From a virus (lineage: Duplodnaviria > Heunggongvirae > Uroviricota > Caudoviricetes), in the IMG/VR virus record IMGVR_UViG_3300036770_007945, positions 1 to 64,000 of that record: 64,000 bases of DNA. One strand, written 5' to 3'. The translations under genes were made by a program, and so were the position numbers. Positions 19,936 through 27,574 of this stretch are shown here, piece by piece; the first letter of the stretch is position 1, and every line of letters starts with the position of its first letter. Under the pieces are notes generated by a model that had not been told where the DNA came from, did not search any database, and saw only the letters and a list, made by a program, of their open reading frames with translations.

Positions 19936-20278
19936 AAATAAATTTAAAATATATGTTGCTAATTAAAAAATAAACGCTAACATAGTTTATAAGTTTTTAA
20001 ATTAATTTTTAAAAATTTAAATTAAATAGGCTAACAGCAAAAATTTATTGCACTGTAAAGCATCAGGGGAAGGTTAGAGTCCTTCAACCCGCTTTATGCG
20101 GGTTAAGCTCTAGAATCATCGGAGCGGATTAAAATGCCTATTGTTAAACTAGAGGGGCTAACAGCAATTTTTTTTCTTTGGCGAAAACAAAAAATGCCCC
20201 TCGCATTAAAAAAATATATGGAAAACAAATTTTTTGAAAGTTTTAATGAAACTCTAACAACGAACGGAGCATTAACTA

Positions 20279-20584
20279 ATGCTACTTCACTATGGAACCA
20301 CAAAAGATTGTGATGGATTTTTGACGCATCATTTTATTAATAATGAAGAGAAAATTACAATACAGCTTGAAAAATCTTTTGGCTCTAATATTTTTGTTAA
20401 AAAGGATGGAGAATTAATTTACTCTCCATACAACCATTATCTTTGTCGTAACTTGAATATTTTTCAAGTGTTTTATATTCACATTAATTTACGTTTAATA
20501 AAATTAAAAAGCAAAAAAAAAATAGTTTTTACTCCCTTAGAAAAAGCTTTATATGATAAGCACTTCAAAAATTTCTACGGTTAA
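20279..20584 (+). CDS. Hypothetical protein.
   Basis: A 101-aa ORF. Confidence 0.3.
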   Translation: MLLHYGTTKDCDGFLTHHFINNEEKITIQLEKSFGSNIFVKKDGELIYSPYNHYLCRNLNIFQVFYIHINLRLIKLKSKKKIVFTPLEKALYDKHFKNFYG

Positions 20585-20626
20585 TTTTTCTGTAAAAAGG
20601 GAATTATTAACTTAAACTAAAAATAT

Positions 20627-20863
20627 ATGAAAAATTTAACAAAAAAGCAACTTGAGGTCATCAATCGGATTGAAAATATTTTAAGTATTTCTATTTTGCA
20701 AAATTGTTCCTATCTAAGAAATAACGTTATAAAGTGCTCAACTGGTATGGATCAAGAAAGGCAGATGCATTATATAAATTATTTAAATCGAAGCTTGCAG
20801 CCTTATGATTTTTGCAGGGTTGAAAGCAATGGTGGTCTCGGAATAGCTATTATCATAAAATAA
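20627..20863 (+). CDS. Hypothetical protein.
   Basis: A 78-aa ORF. Confidence 0.3.
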   Translation: MKNLTKKQLEVINRIENILSISILQNCSYLRNNVIKCSTGMDQERQMHYINYLNRSLQPYDFCRVESNGGLGIAIIIK

Positions 20864-20895
20864 TACTAACTATTAAATTAATGTTCGAATAATGT

Positions 20896-21657
20896 ATGAA
20901 CAATACCCCTCTCAGGGATAAAAAAAAGAGTCCTCGATTTAAGCCGAAACCTATAACTCTACTGAAGGAAGAAATTTCAGAGCAGTCAATAACCCTGCTT
21001 GACCAACTTTATACAAAATTATTAGAGGTTAATCGAATAGTAACTCCTGAGATAGCTGAACGCCTTTGGGAATACCAGTGGCAAGAACTAACGCAAAGAA
21101 AGCTGCCACTAAGAATTAAAGAAAAATCTAAAGAAGCTTTGTGCGTTATAAAAAAGACTGCTCAAATACAAACATTTAAAGATCTAGTTGATTTTCAACA
21201 AAAAATATTAATAACTTCAGGTAGGTTACGAGAGTCTATACGAATAGCTAATATGCAGGTATTCTACCCCACTATCACGAGAAAGGCTTGGCGAGCCCCT
21301 TCACAAAAAAGTCTTCCAAAGCTTATAGAAGAACTAGACAGGTTTTTACAGGAGCCTTTTAAAAAGGATACCCCTTTGATAAAAATTTGTTTAGTTCAAT
21401 ACTTAATACTGACGGTTCATCCGTTTTGTGATGGAAATGGGAGAGTTTCTAGACTTATACTACCTCATTTATTACCAAGAGACTTACCCTTTCGGTTACA
21501 AGGAGTCAACTACTATTTTAAGAGTGAAGAATTTTATAACCTTATTGCTGAAGTAAGCGCTTTTGATTTTCCTGGAGATATAAACATATGGATTCAAGGA
21601 TGGAGTCTTATAGTCCAGAGTTATTTAGATTCATTACACCGATTACTAACAGAGTAA
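20896..21657 (+). CDS. Fic/Doc-family protein (probable AMPylase or related nucleotidyl/phosphocholine transferase).
   Basis: Canonical Fic motif HPFxDGNGRxxR, present here as VHPFCDGNGRVSRLI. Confidence 0.75.
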   Translation: MNNTPLRDKKKSPRFKPKPITLLKEEISEQSITLLDQLYTKLLEVNRIVTPEIAERLWEYQWQELTQRKLPLRIKEKSKEALCVIKKTAQIQTFKDLVDFQQKILITSGRLRESIRIANMQVFYPTITRKAWRAPSQKSLPKLIEELDRFLQEPFKKDTPLIKICLVQYLILTVHPFCDGNGRVSRLILPHLLPRDLPFRLQGVNYYFKSEEFYNLIAEVSAFDFPGDINIWIQGWSLIVQSYLDSLHRLLTE

Positions 21658-21843
21658 TCACCTTTTAATTTTCTGTCTATTAAGTGTAAAAATTTTATAA
21701 CAAACAACTTATGACTAAATATATTAAATTAAAGGATTTACCTTTAAAAATCCAGGCTGCTGTTAAAAAGGAAGTTGCGTTAAAGAGTCTATCCTATCCA
21801 CACACCTGCGCGATATCCTCAACAGAGTTAGACTACAGTTTGC

Positions 21844-22098
21844 TTGGAGCAACAACGCCGCGAGCCAGAGCTAATAGATGACTTAGAGACACACAGGCCG
21901 GGTAATCTACATAGACTTAGCGATATAGAGGTCCGCAATTTGCAAACCTTCTTATCCGATTACGTTATTGAGGGCTTCACCATAGACAAAGACAGATTAA
22001 GCACTCTGGATGACTTGACAGAAGAAGCTTTTAAGAACAGAATAGCATGGAAGGCAGAAAAACGTGCTAAGTTTATCTTAGATCCCGATTTAGATTAA
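21844..22098 (+). CDS. Hypothetical protein.
   Basis: An 84-aa ORF. Confidence 0.3.
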   Translation: MEQQRREPELIDDLETHRPGNLHRLSDIEVRNLQTFLSDYVIEGFTIDKDRLSTLDDLTEEAFKNRIAWKAEKRAKFILDPDLD

Positions 22099-22190
22099 AA
22101 ACCTTAAAAATAAAAGTTGCTTTTTAAATTTAATTTTCTAGTATATTAGCGCTACTATAATAGTTACTAAGTAATTCTAATATAGTTACG

Positions 22191-22267
22191 CGCCGGATTA
22201 GCTCAGTTGGTAGAGCGTAGAGCTGTTAACTCTAATATCGTAGGTTCGAGTCCTACTCCGTCAGCCA
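22191..22267 (+). tRNA. tRNA-Asn (GTT)-like gene.
   Basis: Canonical D arm (GCTC-AGTTGGTA-GAGC), anticodon arm (TAGAG-CTGTTAA-CTCTA, anticodon GTT), T arm (GTAGG-TTCGAGT-CCTAC) and a 3' GCCA. The acceptor stem as I fold it has two mismatches out of seven pairs. Confidence 0.6.
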
Positions 22268-22268
22268 T

Positions 22269-22343
22269 AAGTCAATAGTTTAATTGGTAAAACATTGGTC
22301 TCCAAAACCGAAATTATTAGTTCGAGTCTAATTTGGCTTGCCA
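22269..22343 (+). tRNA. tRNA-Trp (CCA).
   Basis: 7-bp acceptor stem (AAGTCAA/TTGGCTT with one G-U pair), D arm GTTT-AATTGGTA-AAAC, anticodon loop CTCCAAA (CCA), T arm ATTAG-TTCGAGT-CTAAT, discriminator G and CCA. It abuts the Asn-like gene. Confidence 0.8.
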
Positions 22344-22739
22344 AAATCGTAAATAAAATATGTCGGGGTTGAGCTGTAAAAAGCTACACACGAATGATAG
22401 GGGCAATTGAATTGGCTAAAAGGTATTTTGCTTTAATATGCTGGCAATAGTTGGTATATTTTCAGGGAAGTCGTGATAACCTAAGCACTAGTTGACCTAA
22501 CCAAGCCTTACAGAGGAGGGAAACCTTCGCCCCGACACTAAATCGTAAATATTTAAATGGCTAGTGTTGTGGTGGAATATAAACACTAACTTTTGAGTGA
22601 AAAACTCAATACACTACTTGAAAAGTGTGCCGACGAATACACAACCCACGAAATCGGAACTCCGCAAGGAATGAATAGCGATAATGAGTTGTAATGCAAA
22701 GGTGTAAGTCCTTTGCCAACACTAGCCCTTTAAATATTT

Positions 22740-22764
22740 AACTCGGCACGGGTAAAGAAAAGTG
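22740..22764 (+). repeat. Copy 1 of the AACTCGGCACGGGTAAAGA motif.
   Basis: Exact 19-nt core, shared with copy 2. Confidence 0.8.
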
Positions 22765-23231
22765 TAAAAGTAAGTTTTTCGACTGGAAGGGTTTCTGTTA
22801 TTGAGATAAAAAAACCGCAAAGTGACCCTCGGGAAAGTCCGACCAAACCTAGCCAGGTAAAGATGAGGGCAGAAAAACGGTTGAAAGTTAGCAACTAAAC
22901 CGATAGTTGAATTTAGCCAGTGGTTAAGTTTGGCGCAATAGGGTCTAACCCGCATAATAAATTCTTTCTTTGTTAATTGACCTAACAAAGATAAAAAGAA
23001 AAAGCTTTGCGGTAAAATTAGTAAATATTATCAATGGTTGCTACAGTAGGCAACTAGATTAAAACGAAGCCAGAACAATTGCAATTAGCTGGTGCGACAA
23101 ACAAAACATTATATATTTTGAGTGCTAACAATAAATATATGATGGGCGGTTAAATACAGTTTTTCGTTGATAATAACCCGCTAGAATAGGGCAATTATTT
23201 CTAGTCAGTTAGTCCTTCTGTAAAAAGGCAC

Positions 23232-23256
23232 AACTCGGCACGGGTAAAGATGAGTG
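23232..23256 (+). repeat. Copy 2 of the AACTCGGCACGGGTAAAGA motif.
   Basis: Identical 19-nt core followed by TGAGTG. Confidence 0.8.
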
Positions 23257-23430
23257 TAGAATCCTTCGTCCTAGCGAAACATCTAGGCGAGTTAGGAGGC
23301 TCGTGGAAAACAAGCTTGATGAAAGTCATGGCGGCTCCGTTGCAAGTCGGGATAAGAGCTCTAATGCAACAAAAGTCTGACAAGGCAACATAGTAATATA
23401 ATAAAGAGTGATTATCTTTATATTATTACG

Positions 23431-23460
23431 AGAGGGGATTAATCACCCCCTCTTTGTTTC
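23431..23460 (+). terminator. Rho-independent terminator.
   Basis: AGAGGGG-ATTAATCAC-CCCCTCT forms a 7-bp GC-rich stem followed by TTGTTTC. Confidence 0.6.
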
Positions 23461-23461
23461 T

Positions 23462-23486
23462 AACTCGGCACAGGTAAAGAAGAGTG
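23462..23486 (+). repeat. Copy 3 of the motif (AACTCGGCACAGGTAAAGA).
   Basis: 18 of 19 positions are identical. It lies immediately after a terminator hairpin. Confidence 0.8.
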
Positions 23487-24043
23487 CGCATATTTAATAC
23501 TACGAAAGATGGGTTAAGTTCGATTGACGTTTAATGATTATAATTAAACGTGAGTAGTGTTACTTCAGTTAGCTTTCTGTAAAAAAGTATAAATAATGGT
23601 GAGTCATACTCACAAGTAGTCTTCTGAACGAAACAATTTTTTGTTCGCACCAGTCAGGAGTGACTATACAATTCGGAAAGACGAATGACTGTTTTTGTTT
23701 TTGCAAAGTATTGGTTTCAGTCTAAAATACTCAATACTTAGAGACTAGTGGAAAGACACTTGACGGCTCGGAAAGAAAAGTCACGGCGCAATCAACTTTG
23801 TTTTACAAGGTTGTTCAACGAGGGAGAAAAAGGGCGAGATACAGCGGTTGTAAAGTATTTTATTAATCGTGAGAGGCGGGAAGAAATCCAGAAATGGTAG
23901 GCGGGGCTGTATCGAAATAAACATTAAGCCAAAGTAACTCAACTATATAGAGCTTTACGCGGTAGTAGGTTATCTGTAGGAATTGGATAACCGGCAAGTT
24001 TATAGATATAAGAAAGTAACTTAAATTAATCTAATTAATAGCA

Positions 24044-24298
24044 ATGACCTACACCGAAGCATATTTAATAGTAATAGCAGACGCTGTTTCAACTTTTGCT
24101 GGAGGATTAATTTTCGCTAGTTTAATATTAACGTTCATCTCCGGAGGTTTAGGTTTCTTCGAGAATAATTCGACTGCTAAAAAACTTTTCTGGTTTTTAT
24201 TCCTACCACTGTTATGTTTTAGTATAGTTGCGAAAACTTTATTACCAACAACAGAGCAGTTATTAATCATTTACGGCTTAACTCTAGCAAGTTGTTAA
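24044..24298 (+). CDS. Small membrane protein with 2-3 predicted TM helices.
   Basis: An 84-aa ORF consisting almost entirely of hydrophobic segments. Confidence 0.4.
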   Translation: MTYTEAYLIVIADAVSTFAGGLIFASLILTFISGGLGFFENNSTAKKLFWFLFLPLLCFSIVAKTLLPTTEQLLIIYGLTLASC

Positions 24299-24415
24299 AT
24301 TTCACTAAATTTTTATTTCGATAGATTCCTGCTAAAATCTCTTGCATACTATTTTGTTTGTTGTTATTATAGTCGTGTTTTAAAATATAACTATAACAAC
24401 AACAATAACAAACGT

Positions 24416-25471
24416 ATGAGAAAACTAGCAACTATTAGAAAAATTAATGATTTACAGCCAATTGAAGGTGCTGATAAAATAGAATTAGCAACTGTAGATG
24501 GTTGGAAAGTGGTAGTTACCAAAGGATTAAATATTGGTGATAAAATTGTTTATTGCGAAATTGATTCTTTTCTACCAATCAAGCCCGAATTTGAATTTTT
24601 AAGAAAAAGTTCTTACAAAAAACTTATTGATGGCACAGAAGGTTTTAGATTAAAAACTATTAAACTTAGAGGACAGATCTCACAAGGTTTGTGTATTCCA
24701 CTAAATGAATTACCGCAACTCGCCAATAATCAAATTGGTGATGATGTAAGTGAAATTTTGGGAATAATTAAATACGATCCACCAATCCCAGCTTCATTAA
24801 GCGGATTAGCAAAGGGCAACTTTCCTTCTTTCTTAAGAAAGACTGATGAAGAAAGAGTTCAAAACTTAGCTAAAGAATATCAAGAATATCTAAAAAGTGG
24901 TAAAAAGTTTTATGCTACAGAAAAATTAGATGGCTCATCAGCTACTTTTTACTTAAGAGATGGTGTTTTTGGAGTTTGTTCAAGAAACTTAGAACTAAAA
25001 GAAGAGGTTTATGTTCCTGAGGATATTTTGTGCGAAGATGGGGTAATAAGAACTAAAAAACAAAATTCATTCTGGAAAGTAGCTAGGGAATTAGATATTG
25101 AAAATAAATTAAAACAATTGCCATTTAATGCTTGCTTGCAAGGAGAGTTAATTGGAGAAGGGATACAAGGAAATCCTTATAACATTAAAGGACACTCTGT
25201 TAGATTTTTTAATTTGTTCAATATTGATACTTATGAATATAAACCAATTTACGATTTAGAGTATTTCTGCAAGGAAAATGCTTTGCAAACAATTCCTATT
25301 GTTTCTTCTGAGTTTCTTTTGCCCAATACGATTGATGAGCTTCTTCTTTTAGCAGAAGGAAAATCAAACCTCTTTGATTGCGAGCGAGAAGGTTTAGTAA
25401 TTAGGGATATTGATAATACTATAAGCTTTAAAGTAATTTCCAATAAATTTTTAATAAAGACTAACAATTAA
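24416..25471 (+). CDS. RNA ligase of the nucleotidyltransferase superfamily.
   Basis: Motif I KxDG is present as ATEKLDGSSATFY. The N-terminal MRKLATIRKI...ELATVDGWKVVV resembles the N-terminal module of the Rnl-type RNA-ligase families. Confidence 0.55.
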   Translation: MRKLATIRKINDLQPIEGADKIELATVDGWKVVVTKGLNIGDKIVYCEIDSFLPIKPEFEFLRKSSYKKLIDGTEGFRLKTIKLRGQISQGLCIPLNELPQLANNQIGDDVSEILGIIKYDPPIPASLSGLAKGNFPSFLRKTDEERVQNLAKEYQEYLKSGKKFYATEKLDGSSATFYLRDGVFGVCSRNLELKEEVYVPEDILCEDGVIRTKKQNSFWKVARELDIENKLKQLPFNACLQGELIGEGIQGNPYNIKGHSVRFFNLFNIDTYEYKPIYDLEYFCKENALQTIPIVSSEFLLPNTIDELLLLAEGKSNLFDCEREGLVIRDIDNTISFKVISNKFLIKTNN

Positions 25472-25482
25472 ATAATAAAAAT

Positions 25483-25905
25483 ATGAAAGAGTTAAATAAT
25501 GAAAATATGAAAGAGTCTAAAGAATTCCTTAAGATTGAAATTCTTGTGATGGTAGTGTTAGGCCTTATGGTTTACCTTGCGTATAAAAGGTCTACAAATC
25601 TTACAGAAGCTATAAATTATGCAAATCAGGTTAACCACTACACCAAAGAGCGCGGTTTGCCAACAATTGAACAACCGGAAAGAGTAAACTGTAAAGTAAT
25701 TAACCAGTCTTTAGTAGCGGATCCAAGAAGAGACAGCTTGAAGTTTAAAAGAGGGAGGAAAATAACAACGTTTGATTGTGGATACAAAATAGGAATAATC
25801 TCTACAGACGACGACGCTATTTTTCGAAAAGCGAAAGAGAATAGTATTTTAAAAGTCTATTTCTATAGAGGATCTTACCAGATTTTAGGTATAGACCATG
25901 AGTAA
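25483..25905 (+). CDS. Hypothetical membrane-anchored protein.
   Basis: A 140-aa ORF with one N-proximal hydrophobic helix. Confidence 0.4.
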   Translation: MKELNNENMKESKEFLKIEILVMVVLGLMVYLAYKRSTNLTEAINYANQVNHYTKERGLPTIEQPERVNCKVINQSLVADPRRDSLKFKRGRKITTFDCGYKIGIISTDDDAIFRKAKENSILKVYFYRGSYQILGIDHE

Positions 25906-26410
25906 TGAAGTTTTTTTAATATCAGACACACATTTTGGGCACAGTAATCTTCTTGCATTTAAAGATGGGTTAGGTCAACCAATTCGCCCTTATAAGACTC
26001 TCGAAGAGATGGAAGAAGCTCTGATAAGTAACTGGAATAGTGTCGTTCGCCCTAACGATAGAGTCTATCATTTAGGAGATGTGGCAATGTCGAAGAAAGG
26101 CTTATTATGTTTAAGAAGGTGTAATGGTAATAAGGTATTAATTCGAGGAAACCACGATACCTTTAAATTAAAAGATTATGCAGAACACTTTAAAGACATA
26201 CGAGGCGCTTGTGTTTTAGGTGGGTATGTGCTTACCCATATTCCAATTCACAGGGAGTGTTCAGGGAAATTCAAAAAGAATATACATGGACACCTCCACG
26301 CGAATAAACTCAATGATTCTTTTTACATCAATGTGAGTGTCGAACAAATTAACTTTACTCCTATCAATTTTGAGGAATTGCAAGTAGATGATCTCTTAAT
26401 AACAACTTAA
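25898..26410 (+). CDS. Calcineurin-like metallophosphoesterase.
   Basis: Motifs ISDTHFGH, YHLGD and RGNHD, followed by GHLH. Confidence 0.65.
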   Translation: MSNEVFLISDTHFGHSNLLAFKDGLGQPIRPYKTLEEMEEALISNWNSVVRPNDRVYHLGDVAMSKKGLLCLRRCNGNKVLIRGNHDTFKLKDYAEHFKDIRGACVLGGYVLTHIPIHRECSGKFKKNIHGHLHANKLNDSFYINVSVEQINFTPINFEELQVDDLLITT

Positions 26411-26425
26411 TTCAGTAATAATTAT

Positions 26426-27127
26426 ATGAACAATAACTATATGAATATACCTTTCAAAGTAAGACTACTGACGCCAACAGCAAAGGCGCCAGAAAAGCCA
26501 GATGAAGCAAGTTTGTGGGATCTATTTGCCGATAGCTTCTCAACCCAAGAATTACAAGATTTTTCCTCTAGTGGTGAGGATAGCTTCACTTCATTGAACA
26601 AACTTCTCACTTACGAATTAGCAGAGAGCCAGTATATAACAACTTTTGATGGGGGCAAAAAAGGTTTAGATGATGATTTAAAAGTGTTTAGGAGATTCGG
26701 TCTTGAAATATACGAAGACTCTGAGCAAAGAGATTGCGTAGGTTTTGAGTTATACCCACAAGGACGGGTGTTAGTCAGAACCGGGATCTCTTTAGAACTG
26801 CCAATAGCTTTCGGAGCTCCTCAGGGATCTTGGTATTTCAAGGAAGAACAAGAAAAAACCAGAGCTTTAAACGCAATTGATGTCTACGCTGTAGCCGATA
26901 TTTACCCTCGGGAAGAATTAGCTTTAAAACACGGGATCGCGATTTTAAACTCGCCTAATACTGTAGATAGTTCTTATAAGAACGAATTATGCATAGTTCT
27001 TCTTAATGCAGGGCATGAACCTTATGTTGTTTGCAAAGGCAGTAAGGTTGCTCGAATGTTAATTCGCCCTCATTATAGGAGTTCCTTCCAGATTGTAACC
27101 GACCCAAGAAATAGTCAAACCTCTTAA
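26426..27127 (+). CDS. dUTPase / dCTP-deaminase-fold protein.
   Basis: RTG (an RSG-like motif 2), GIAILNSPNTVDSSYKNELCIVLLN (motif-3-like G.iDsdYrGe..v.l.N) and VARMLI (motif-4-like). There is a ~90-aa insertion after the motif-1-like region. Confidence 0.5.
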   Translation: MNNNYMNIPFKVRLLTPTAKAPEKPDEASLWDLFADSFSTQELQDFSSSGEDSFTSLNKLLTYELAESQYITTFDGGKKGLDDDLKVFRRFGLEIYEDSEQRDCVGFELYPQGRVLVRTGISLELPIAFGAPQGSWYFKEEQEKTRALNAIDVYAVADIYPREELALKHGIAILNSPNTVDSSYKNELCIVLLNAGHEPYVVCKGSKVARMLIRPHYRSSFQIVTDPRNSQTS

Positions 27128-27149
27128 TTTAGGAATAATCTAGAAATTT

Positions 27150-27428
27150 ATGACTATGATAATATCTGAACAAGCCATAAAAGTCTTCGAAATAATTAAA
27201 AGTCTTTTAGAAAATTCTTTCGGAAGGCTTGGTTATAATATAGAGTTTAATACTAAACTAACTACTAAAGGCTTACAACTGTCACCTTATGCTCTTTGTG
27301 AACTCAAAGAGGCTTTAGAAGATTTATGTTTTGTGCCTCTAAGTGCGGAGACCTTCAACCGCTGTGATACCATTGGGGACGTTATAGAACTCATAATAGT
27401 AAGCCTAAAAGAGAGTTACTATAAATAA
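27150..27428 (+). CDS. Hypothetical small acidic protein.
   Basis: A 92-aa ORF. A faint resemblance to acyl-carrier protein was not pursued. Confidence 0.35.
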   Translation: MTMIISEQAIKVFEIIKSLLENSFGRLGYNIEFNTKLTTKGLQLSPYALCELKEALEDLCFVPLSAETFNRCDTIGDVIELIIVSLKESYYK

Positions 27429-27574
27429 GGAAAACAAGGTTTAATCGGAATTTTTGATGAAACATTAAAAACATGTATTAAAATAAAGAAATATTATACT
27501 TGCTTTTAAAAATAGAGTAATTACTATTTATTAAGTTACGAATAAATAATAAACAAATAAATAAATAAAAACAT

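Larger units (their letters stand above)
22344..24040 (+). ncRNA. Cluster of candidate structured small RNAs: a protein-free, GC-enriched block with a repeated motif and terminators.
   Basis: Only short ORFs (60 and 88 aa) occur across ~1.7 kb, amid dense coding elsewhere. Three copies of AACTCGGCAC[G/A]GGTAAAGA..AGTG are present, with partial GGTAAAGATGAG copies. Long-range inverted repeats include GTCGGGG/CCCCGAC and GGCTAGTGTTG/CAACACTAGCC. Intrinsic terminators lie at 23431-23460 and ~23651-23700. Confidence 0.55.

Noticed and set aside
22722-23383. Short minus-strand ORFs (88 aa at 22722..22988 and 60 aa at 23201..23383) within the ORF-poor block.
   Set aside because: They have no start context, their composition is atypical for this genome, and they overlap the repeated motif, inverted repeats and terminator. 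The region is better explained as non-coding RNA.
23618-23640. A hammerhead-like CTGAACGAAAC element.
   Set aside because: There is no stem II between the CUGA and GAAA elements, so the core is not satisfied.
22344-24040. Possibility of a CRISPR array.
   Set aside because: The three repeats are 492 and 230 nt apart rather than regularly spaced, and there are no short unique spacers between them.
24049-24270. A 73-aa minus-strand ORF overlapping the small membrane-protein gene.
   Set aside because: It is antisense to the plus-strand ORF, which has coherent TM-helix composition and a position at the head of the plus-strand operon.
27150-27428. An acyl-carrier-protein call for the 92-aa product.
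   Set aside because: Only a faint DLxF…IGDVIEL resemblance. The DSL phosphopantetheine-attachment site is not convincingly present.
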